Source: Scyliorhinus canicula
Lineage: Eukaryota
Length of the DNA: 64,000 nucleotides
Assembly (NCBI RefSeq): GCF_902713615.1
Contig: NC_052151.1
Coordinates: forward strand, 66,250,375-66,314,374
Direction: 5' to 3'
Every line of letters begins with the position of its first letter. The first letter of the stretch is position 1. Made by a program: the position numbers and the translations under genes. Positions 53,390-62,499 of the stretch are shown one piece after another. The notes beneath the pieces were generated by a model. It made no database searches and was not told the DNA's origin. It saw only the letters and a list, made by a program, of their open reading frames with translations.

Positions 53390-53738
53390 AGATTCTCCGG
53401 AAACCGGCGGGGCGGGTAACTCCGGCGGGAAGGAGTGGCGTGAACTACGCCGGCGTCAGGCCGCCCCGAATTTGCGAAATCCTCCGCACCTTCAGGGGCT
53501 TGGCCAGTGCCGGAGTGGTTTACGCCGCACCGGCCGGCGCGGAAGGGGCTTGATGCCATTCCAACCGGCGCCGAAGGGCCTCCGCCGGCGGGCGCGAGTT
53601 TGCGCATGCGCGGGAGCGCCAGCATGTGCTGGCGTCATCCCAGCACAATCGCAGGGCGGGGTTCATCTTCATGTCGGCCATTGCGGACTGTTACAGCGGC
53701 CGTAGCGGAGGAATAGAGTGCCCCCATGGCACAGGCCC
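53390..53738. mobile_element. Harbinger-type MITE fragment
   Basis: GATTCTCCG start; related to 63360-63981. Confidence 0.65.
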
Positions 53739-53998
53739 TGTACGTTTCAATAAGATCCCCTCTCATCCTTCTAAACTCCAACGAATACAGACCCAGAGTC
53801 CTCAACCGTTCCTCATACGACAAGCTCTTCATTCCAAGGATCATTCTTGTGAACCTCCTCTGGACCCTTTCCAAGGCCAGGACATCCTTCCTTAGATACA
53901 GGGCCCAAAACTGCTCACAATACTCCAAATGGGGTCTGACCAGAGCCTTATACAGCCTCAGAAGGACACCACTGGTCCTGTATTCTCGCCCTCTCGAC
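53739..53998 (-). mobile_element. CR1 internal fragment
   Basis: LYKALVRPHLEYCEQFW...RGDLIETY; same subfamily as 61560-61815. Confidence 0.85.
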
Positions 53999-53999
53999 A

Positions 54000-54165
54000 A
54001 TGCATTCCAGACCTTAATGAAGGAAAAAGTATTAATAACGGATATTGATGGGATTTCTTAATCTGTCCCTTGTGACTTTGTAAAAGGAATTGTTACTGTG
54101 GAAATTGTTCGTAGTATACCTCTTAAAGGGGTGGATTTTATATTAGGTAATGATTTAGCCAGACA
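54000..54165 (+). mobile_element. Gypsy (Gmr1-like) protease-region fragment
   Basis: GIVTVEIVRSIPLKGVDFILGNDLA matches the LPxxGVxxxLGNDLA motif. Confidence 0.6.
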
Positions 54166-54341
54166 GTGTAGATAGTAATATTGCATTGACTGCATTTCAA
54201 CAGGAGCTTAATCATGTTTGCTGATCATATCAATTTCCTAAAAAATACTGTGGCCAAACATAAGAAGCTTATTGCAAATAAAGACCAATTAAAGGAAAAT
54301 CTGATTAATGTAAAGAACTAACTTTCATGCATGAAAGATGA

Positions 54342-54912
54342 GGGCCGGGATTCTCCGAAAATGGGGCTATGCCCCCACGCCTGCCGGAAACCAGGCGCGA
54401 ATCACTCCAGACTTTTTTCAAAAAGTCCGGAGTGATTCTCTGGTTTTAAGAGGGATAGCAGGGCCCTGGCATGCGGCGCACAGCTCCTGCTGCTGATACG
54501 GGGCCCTGCATTTCTGGCCACGGGTCTGCGCATGCAGATAGGCCCCCCGCTGGATCACACGTGCCCGCCAATCGGTAGCCCCCGACTACGGGCCTGTCTG
54601 TGGTGGAGGCCCGCCCCGGAGTCTGATCCCCTTGCCCCCCCACCAGGACGGCCAGCACGGCTGTGGCTCCGAGCTCCCGCTGGGTGGAACCAGGTTGGAA
54701 CCGCGCCGGAGGAACTCGGCCATCGATCGAGGAGAATCGCCGCGGGGACCGATTTCAACGGTCCCCGTCCAGCTCCACATCGACGCGCGCGCACGGCTGG
54801 CGGCGATTCTCCAGTTTGCGGAGAATCGTGTCCCGGCGCCGCGGGTCTGAGACCCCATTCTCCACCTCGCGCTGAGCACGATTTTGGCGTGGAGGCTCGG
54901 AGAATCCCGCGC
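54342..54912. mobile_element. Harbinger-type MITE (~570 bp)
   Basis: TIRs GGCCGGGATTCTCC / GGAGAATCCCGCGC. Confidence 0.8.
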
Positions 54913-54984
54913 AAGTTGTTAATTCAAAACAAGATCTGATGAGAACACTGATTGTCAGTCACAGAAAAAAGAATTGCTGATGAA

Positions 54985-55292
54985 TCGGAGCAGTTAGCAC
55001 TGTTGCTTCACAGCGGTAGGGACGCGGGTTAAATTCCAGCCTTGGGTCATTGTCTTTGTGGAGTATGTATGTTCTCCCTGTGTCTGTGTGGGTTTCCTCC
55101 AGGTGCTCCCGTTTTCTCCACAGTCCAAAGATGTGCAGGTTGGCCATGGAAAAACTGCCCTTAGCGTCCAAAAGGTTAGGTGGAATATCTGGGTTATGGG
55201 GATTGGGTGGGGTGTGGGCCTAGGTAGTGTGCTCTTTCAGAGGGTTAGTGCAGGTTAGATTGGGCAAATGGCCTCCTCTGCACTGTAGGGAT
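54985..55292 (+). mobile_element. HE1-like SINE (older)
   Basis: V-domain and CR1 tail. Confidence 0.75.
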
Positions 55293-55320
55293 TCACGATA
55301 TTCTCCGTGTCTGAGACTAA

Positions 55321-56031
55321 GGGCTGGATTCTCCGGTAGCCAACGCCGAAATCACATTCGCCGATTGGCTGGAGAATCCAGTTTTACTCTGGAATCTAGG
55401 GTGGTGCCGCTTTTCCAATGCTCCGCCCCCTCAAAAATGGCGTACATGCCGTCAGGATGGCCTCAGGACATCACCTGAGGCCCTCCCATGATGCTCCACC
55501 CCTGATGGTCTGAGTCCCCGGTGGCGGGGGTACGCATCCTCACAACTTTCGGGGTCCTCGCGTAGCTGTGGCGGACTGTTCGCTACTACAGTCGGGGGGG
55601 GAGCCGTTCCGCTGTCAGGGGAGGCTTCGGCAGGGGCTGTGGGGCCTGGTGGGAGGTGGTCCAGGGCTAGCGAGGATGGTTTCAGTTTTTGGAAGGCTGG
55701 GTCTGCGCACGGCCACCGCCATGTTTTACTGAGCGGCCATGTTTTACTGAGCAGCCATGTTTTACTGAGCGGCCATGTTTTACTGAGCGGCCATGTTTTA
55801 CTGAGCGGCCATGTTTTATTGAGCGGCTGCCGCAGGCCGCTGCTGTGTTCATGCGCAGCCACCGGCCGGGCCATTCTGCGGTTGTATCCACAGGTAAAGC
55901 GGGGGGCTTTACGCGGGGCGGCTGCTAGCCGCCCACCAGGCGGAGAATCGGTGCGGGTGCGGCACCGGCTTTCTGGTTGTAAGGCCAGACGGATCCTGCG
56001 GACATAGCTGCAGAATCGGAGAATCCAGCCC
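55321..56031. mobile_element. Harbinger-type MITE (711 bp) nested in the left end of another Harbinger
   Basis: Perfect TIRs GGGCTGGATTCTCC / GGAGAATCCAGCCC; TSD TAA. Confidence 0.9.
55718..55827. repeat. 18-bp tandem repeat x6 (GCCATGTTTTACTGAGCG)
   Basis: Seen directly, two substitutions. Confidence 0.95.
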
Positions 56032-56257
56032 TAAGTGTTGATGTTAGCGCAGAATTCGTGGACTTTCACGACAGAAAAACTGGCGCCAGTCCTGGACCGA
56101 TTCTGCTACTGTTAAGGGCCTTACACTGCCGCCACGTGGAACACGATCAATTCTCATGAGAAAAGGTGCCGGATTTGCCAGTTTTGCGATTGAGGTTGAC
56201 AAGCTGCAGTCACATATACACACCTCTCTCCCCACACACACCATCCCAGCCAATAAG

Positions 56258-57595
56258 ATGGCAGCGAGGAGAGCAGCCTCGAGATTTACCGATGCCGAGC
56301 TGGAGACACTCTTGGACACGGTGGAAGAGAGGCAGACGACCCTGTACCCCGGTCCGGGAAGGAGGTTGCCAGCTGTTGCCATTCACAGTGCATGGGCACA
56401 GGTGCCAGAGGCGGTCAGTGCCGTGGGCAACACTGCCCGGACGGGCCAGCAGCGCCGGACGAAACTGCACAACCTCCTCAGGGTGGCCAGGGTGACTAGG
56501 CAGCAGTGTGCCCCTGCCACTAACCCCATCCCACACACCCGTAACCCTACCCCCAACCCGGCGGGAGGCCGAACATACTGGCCTCCATGGCCAGCTGCCC
56601 TGGTCACTGGCCACTCACCCCCTGAGCTACATGAGTTGGGCTGTCTAACACTGTCGTTTTCTGTCTGCACCGCCCCCCTCCCCCCAGGAGAAGGCCGCGC
56701 ACATCCGCCGGGAGCTGAGGGGGACCGCCGGACCTGCGGCCATTCACCATGGACGAGCAGAGGGCCCTGGACATGGCCAGCGGTCCAGATGAAAGGGAGG
56801 TCACTGAGGTGGAGCCTCACCCCCACACCACCCTCACCCCCACACTACTACCCTGCACCTCCACCCACATGCCCACCCTGGCTCCCCCCGGCCCGCAGTC
56901 TAATCATGTGTCTAGTGTTTTACAGGATCTGCTGGTATTGGGGGGGGGGGGGGGGAGGGGGTGTCCATCTAGCGTGTCTTCCCCCCACCCCATGCCAGTG
57001 CCAAAGCTGGAGCCCCCCATGAGCCGAGCAGTGATGCTGAGTGCAGCTCGGACACCAGCCCTCCGCCCGAGACTCAGGAGACCCCAGAGCTCGGGTCGGA
57101 GGATGACAGTGACTTCCTGTCACAGCGTTTCCAACACACTCCACCATCCCAGAGACACTCACCTCGGTTGGGCACTTTAGAGAAGAGGCTCCTGGGACAC
57201 TAGCTCCTGGCAGGAACACCCGAGGTGGCGGACAGTCGAAGGACGGACTGACCCCAGGAACTAGCTGCGTCCAGACGGATTTCGGGCTTCTGGAACGAAG
57301 AGTCCCATCTATTGTGGAGATGTAGACGCAGAGTCAGGGACTCCATGAGGGGTTGACGGCGAGCATCAGCAGCTACAGGAACAGTTGGAGGAGTCCAACC
57401 ATGTGCAGCGGCAGGAGGTAATGTCAACAATGTGTGCCACCCAGGCCAAAACCGCATTGGTGGCGTCCATGTTGGAGGCATTGGGGGGGGGGGGGGGTGA
57501 GGTTTTGGCTATGGATCAGCATTTCCAAGGCCTGGGGCATTCTGTGCAGGCACTGGCCAAGGCCCGGAACAGTGTTGCCACCTCACAGGCGACTA
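56258..57595 (+). pseudogene. Harbinger Myb/SANT-like DNA-binding accessory gene, intron-containing, degenerate and truncated
   Basis: MAARRAASRFTDAELETLLDTVEER...AWAQVPEAVSAV...RTGQQRRTKLHNL; GT-AG intron 56492-56687 joins to EKAAHIRRELRGT. Confidence 0.85.
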
Positions 57596-57599
57596 CTGC

Positions 57600-58725
57600 C
57601 CCACCAAAGCCACTTGTATTTGGATATCAGACCTGTCTGCACTCATATAGGAGCCAAGAACAGATTCATCATACCCACCTTTACAAAAGCAAAAAAAAAA
57701 CACACAAAACCCCAATTCTAAGGAGAGTTACACACATACCACACTGAGCAACTTAACCCTAATCCCAGGTGCAAAGCACAACCAACACCAAACCATGCAA
57801 TTGTGCAGAGAAGCCCGTCAACAAGATGTTTGGATTATGAACAGACCTTAAGGGCCTCCCAAGAAAGGAGAAAGAAGGAAGGAAGAGATAGAACTACCAG
57901 AACTAACCCACAGGATAAAAAGGGGACAGGACTCAACTCGGGTCCCGTACGTCTCTGTGCCACCGAGCACCCACCAATGAAGAAGAGAACAGGCTGCTCA
58001 ATCAGACAGCAGGGCACCCCACTCACCGGGTGACAAAGCAGGATCTTCACCAAAACATAGGACTCATCTCATTCCCAGGCTCCTGTGCATCGGAGGCTTC
58101 CAGGATGCCCCCAACAAGAACTCTCAAAAGGGGACATCCCGAGCCTCCAGGCGCAATAGGATACCAGCCACAGCACTGGACCTGGCCTAGCCAAGCACCT
58201 CCTGGCACACAGGAAACTATACTCCCAGGATCTCCAGCACACTCCAGAACCTACTCCCCAACCAAACCTATACATCTCCAACCTCATCCAAGGTAAAGCA
58301 CAGTCCCCACTTATACTAAGGAAAAAAGGATAAATACTCCAGCCCAGACGGGGGGCTCCATTACAAGAAGAAGAAGAATTGTCAAGACACGCAACAAGAC
58401 ACGGGAATGGACCAGGATTAGGAATAGCACCCAGCTCACCCGGATGAAGATAAAAAGGAAGGCACCCTAAAGGAAGGGACGGCCGACCAAACCCAAAATA
58501 ACCACCATCACAGAAAGGAGGCCGAGAACCACTCCTCAGGAAGCCAACCAGAAACTAACCAATCCCACGTCAATGTGCGCCATAACTAAATCCTCTTGTT
58601 TTAATCATTCAAAATAGGAAGAAAGTGAGAGAATAAAAAGAGAAACCGGACTCAACCTGAATGAAGAGTGGGAAGGAACACAGTCCTTCCCAGTTACAAA
58701 GCCTGCCCAGGCCATTGAAGGATAA
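57600..58725 (+). pseudogene. Candidate endogenous paramyxovirus-like phosphoprotein (P) gene, degenerate
   Basis: GAT AAA AAG GGG ACA (DKKGT, editing-site-like) at 57914-57928; ISSTLQNLLP/NLYISNLIQGK at 58230-58297; PTSMCAITKSSCFNHSK (XD-like) at 58564-58614; stop 58723-58725; by-eye similarity only. Confidence 0.45.
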
Positions 58726-58742
58726 AGACACCGATTCTTAAA

Positions 58743-58754
58743 TTCAAGAAAAAA
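58743..58754 (+). terminator. Mononegavirus gene-end-like signal TTCAAGAAAAAA
   Basis: Lies 18 nt after the P-like stop and before the M-like frame; resembles the TAAGAAAAA-type gene end, but no clear CTT-AGG junction follows. Confidence 0.3.
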
Positions 58755-58849
58755 TAAATCCCCGAAAACGCGACACAGATTAGCTCTAACTGGGTGCCTA
58801 TCCTCAATCTCAGTGAGGACTGAACTAACCTTGCCAACCCTAACCATCC

Positions 58850-59633
58850 ACCCGTCATCCCGCCCCGCCTCCACTCATCCTTTTTATGAACGAGATAGGG
58901 GTAATAGAAAAACACTCCCCTTCCACAACCACAAGGATTATAAGACAGAAAAACAAAAAGTAGTAAAACTGTGCTCAGATTACATTTCACATAATTGATT
59001 CAATATAATCTTGCTAGAACAGGAAAAAGACATCTTCCATGTTGCACGAGAAGGTATAGGATGAGACAGGATGAGCGAGCACTCTTCAGGATCTCTCAAG
59101 GATTCCAACGATTGAAGCTCCATCAAATCTGGTCCACTCAGCCTCCAAATCAAGATTACCAAGGCATGGCAGCCAATTTTCAAACTCAATCGGGAACTCG
59201 CCTCCCACCTCTCGCCAGGGGCCGGAATCAGGGGCATACCTTGCCCAGCCCCCATTGCCCGAATACATCAGGATAGATGACACACCATGCATCAGGATCT
59301 CCATAGCACGTAGGGGGGCCCTAACTGAGGAAAGTGCTCTTTCGAGTGCAAGAACTCTCAAACACCTCCATCACTTTCCTAAAGGTACCCCGCAATTCTT
59401 CAAAGTGACACATGCACCGCAGAGCCGAGATCTTCAACCAAGACATCATTTTCAATGGTGGTCATCATCCAGATGCACACTGCACCACCAAGGCAAGAGC
59501 CTACCCAGCTGTACCTGCGCCACTGCAAGCTGGGTCCCACCGCAGTCCACTCTGACTGCCAGGAACAAGCAAGGGTTTTTACAATTTATCTCGGCTCGGG
59601 AAAACACAAGGCTCCTGCACGCAGGTTGCGTGA
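58850..59633 (+). pseudogene. Candidate endogenous paramyxovirus-like matrix (M) gene, frameshifted and 3'-truncated
   Basis: Ordered motifs EIGVIE/TLPF...KVVKL...FNIILL; SHLSPGAG; IRISIARRGALTE/KVLFRV; KVTHAPQ...HF/VVIIQMHT, paralleling respirovirus/morbillivirus M. Confidence 0.5.
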
Positions 59634-59658
59634 CCCCCCCCCCCCCCCCCCCCCCCAA

Positions 59659-60010
59659 GTAAACTTTAAGAAGCAGATTGAAGAATTAACCAGTGAATTG
59701 GAAGTATCTAAGAAACAATCAGTGACCATGGAAGAGAGATTCCAAAATGAACTGAATGTCCATGTGAAGTTGTTGACTTTGCACAAGGGTTTCGCAATCA
59801 ACTCTGCATCAGAGACAACAGAACTCACCAGTGCAGCTCCTGGGCTGAATGAAAAGATTAACAAACTTGGAAAAGAATTGGAAAATAGGAGAGTAAACCA
59901 ATATTGAGGTGAAATTGTGAGAGAAGTGGAAATGAAGGTTCCATTTTTCAAGCTTCTGTGAGAAGAATGTGTGTGCGGAAGCCTGTAGCATATCTCTTTG
60001 ATAAACTGCA
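59659..60010 (+). pseudogene. TPR: Processed (intronless) nucleoprotein TPR fragment with internal deletions
   Basis: KKQIEELTSELEVSKKQSVTMEERFQNELNVHVKLLTLHK vs TPR [73 protein letters not shown] vs [22 protein letters not shown]. Confidence 0.8.
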
Positions 60011-60174
60011 AAATGACTTGAGTAATGAGAGGAAAACATCGCTGCTTGCAAGTTTAATCATCTGGTGTTGATCAAAACAATGAACAGTGAAAAGCTGTTA
60101 TGGAAGATGTGAGTGAAGATAATGTTGAAGCTGGTTGCAAATCAGACACACACAGTTTCCATCGCAATGTTAAG

Positions 60175-60425
60175 GACCCATTGGAAGCAGGTTTCCATTA
60201 ACAGAGGAAATGAAAGGCGCCACAGTCCCGGAGGACCATAGGCTGCTCTCCCTTTTTGAAAGGGAGAACTGACTGGTGGTAATTTAGCCTGAGGTTCACC
60301 ACACCTCAGGTGAAGGGCAAGGTTGAGAAGGTGGGCCTTCATAGATAACCTCTGACGGTACGGGAATTGAACCCGCGCTCTTGGCACAGCTTCGCTTTGC
60401 AAACCAGCCATCCAGCTGACTGAGC
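60175..60425 (-). mobile_element. tRNA-derived SINE
   Basis: Same family as 7515-7718. Confidence 0.75.
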
Positions 60426-60457
60426 AACAGAGGAGAAGGGTAGAAGAAAATCCATAT

Positions 60458-60770
60458 GGGTGGCACGGTAGTTCAGTGGTTAGCACTGTTACTTCACAAC
60501 ACCATGGGCCCGGGTTCGATTCCCGGCTTGGGTCACTGTCTGTGCGGAGTCTGCATGTTCTCCTCGTGTCTGCGTGGGTTTCTTCCGGGTGCTCCGGTTT
60601 CCTCCCACAAGTCCCAAAAGGCGAGCTTGTTAGGTGAATTGGACATTCTGCATTCTCCCTCAGTGTACCCGAATAGGTGTCGGAGTGTGGTGATTGGGGG
60701 AATTTCACAGTAATTTCATTGCAGTATTAATGTAAGCCTACTTGCTACACTATTGAAGATTATTATTATG
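60458..60770 (+). mobile_element. V-SINE variant with (TTA)n tail
   Basis: Same as 33822-34090. Confidence 0.8.
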
Positions 60771-61194
60771 TTCTTGGCATATAAGTTGAAAAACCTATGC
60801 GAAAGTCAGTTGTAGCATATAGCATGACAAATGTGCATCCAAATGCGAAGAGAGGAAGTCTCCCGGAGAATTAATTTGAAATCACACCAATAACATTGAA
60901 AACACTGGTACAAAATGGAAATATAAGCTGGTCAAGATATTTTTAAAGAAAACATTGATGTATTTGCACTACCTTTGGTCGACCAAGGAAAGATAATAGC
61001 CAAAAACCATACAATTGTTGAAGTTCTATTCAGAGTTTAAAGAAAGGGTGTAGGAGAAAAGCCAGATTCTGTGTTATGATAATATAACTCAGTGATGTTT
61101 AAATCTTGCTAATCCTAAATGTTACATGTACTGACTTTTGTTTTGCATAAATCTTTATACTACGATACGTATAACTGTGTAGCAAAATGTAAAA

Positions 61195-62495
61195 ACCGTA
61201 AGACCATAAGACATAGGAGCAGAATTAGGCCACTTGGCCCATCGAGTCTGCTCCGCCATTCAATCATGGCTGATATTTTCTCATCCCCATTCTCCTGCCT
61301 TCTTCCCATAACCCCTGATCCCCTTATTAATCGAGAACCTATCTATCTCTTTTTTAAAGACACTCGGTGATTTGGCCTCCACAGCCTTCTGCGGCAAAGA
61401 GTTCCACAGATTCACCACCCTTTGGCTAAAGAAATTCCTCCTCATCTCTGTTTTAAAGGATCGGCCCTTTAGTCTGAGATTGTGTCCTCTGGTTCTAGTT
61501 TTTCCTATAAGTGGAAACATCCTCTCCATGTCCACTCCATCGAGGCCTCGCAGTATCTTGTAAGTTTCAATAAGATCCCCCCTCATCCTTCTAAACTCCA
61601 ACAAGTACAGACCGAGAGTCCTCAACCGTTCCTCATATGACAAGTTCTTCATCCCAGGGATCATTCTTGTGAACCTCCTCTGGATCCTTTCCAAGGCCAG
61701 CATGTCCTTCCTTAGATACGGGGCCAAAAACTGTTCACAGTACTGCAAATGGGGTCTGACCAGAGCCTTATACAGCCTCAGAAGTACATCCCTGCTCTTG
61801 TATTCCAGTCCTCTTGACATGAATGCTAACATTGCATTTGCCTTCTTTACTGCCGACTTAACCTGCACGATAACCTTAAGAGAATCGTGAACAAGGACAC
61901 CCAAGTCCCTTTGTTTTTCTGATTTCCTAAGCATTTCCCCATTTAGAAAATAATCTATGCCTAAATTCCTCTTTCCAAAGTGCATAACCTCACACTTTTC
62001 CACATTGTATTTCATTTGCCACTGCATTGCCCACTCTCCTAACTTATCCAAATCCTTCTGCAGCCCCCTTGCTTCCTCAATAGTACCTGTCCCTCTACAG
62101 ATCTTTGTATCATCTGCAAACTTAGCAACAGTGCCTTCACTTCCTTCTTCCAGATCATTAATGTACACTGTGAAAAGTTGTGGTCCCAGCACAGACCCCT
62201 GAGGCACACCACTAGTCACCGGCTGCCATCCTGATAAAGACCCCTTTATCCCCACTCTCTGCCTTCTGCCAGTCAGCCAATCCTCTATCCATGCCAGGAT
62301 CTTACCCTTAACACCATGGGCTTTTAACTTATTTACCAGTCTCCTAGGCGGCACATTGTCAAAGGCCTTCTGGAAATCTAAATAAATCACGTCCACTTTA
62401 TTTAACTTCCTTGTTACCTCCTCACAGAACTCTAACAGATTTGTCAGACGTGACCTCCCTTTGACAAAGACGTGTTGACTCAGTCCTATTTTACC
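61195..62495 (-). mobile_element. Young 5'-truncated CR1 LINE
   Basis: Uninterrupted RT frame; (TCTTATGG)-type tail at ~61200. Confidence 0.95.
61281..62396 (-). CDS. CR1 ORF2 RT and C-terminal region (371 aa open frame, partial; TE-derived)
   Basis: YLDFQKAFD, SGVPQGSVLGP, KFADDTK, QRDLGV, LVRPHLQYC, WNSLP. Confidence 0.85.
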   Translation of the reverse strand: MDVIYLDFQKAFDNVPPRRLVNKLKAHGVKGKILAWIEDWLTGRRQRVGIKGSLSGWQPVTSGVPQGSVLGPQLFTVYINDLEEGSEGTVAKFADDTKICRGTGTIEEARGLQKDLDKLGEWAMQWQMKYNVEKCEVMHFGKRNLGIDYFLNGEMLRKSEKQRDLGVLVHDSLKVIVQVKSAVKKANAMLAFMSRGLEYKSRDVLLRLYKALVRPHLQYCEQFLAPYLRKDMLALERIQRRFTRMIPGMKNLSYEERLRTLGLYLLEFRRMRGDLIETYKILRGLDGVDMERMFPLIGKTRTRGHNLRLKGRSFKTEMRRNFFSQRVVNLWNSLPQKAVEAKSPSVFKKEIDRFSINKGIRGYGKKAGEWG

Positions 62496-62499
62496 AAGG

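Noticed and set aside
54322-54337. Perfect 16-bp palindrome CTTTCATGCATGAAAG
   Set aside because: Roughly one such palindrome is expected by chance in 64 kb
55718-55827. Repeat array as CRISPR-like or a repeat protein
   Set aside because: Head-to-tail 18-mers with no spacers, inside a eukaryotic MITE
56156-57022. 288-aa ORF as a host MSANTD/NAIF1-like gene
   Set aside because: It lies inside a Harbinger element, reads through an intron, and downstream exons are frameshifted
58443-58456. GATGAAGATAAAAA as a filovirus-like gene start
   Set aside because: It falls inside the P-like coding region and surrounding motifs fit paramyxovirus better; likely chance
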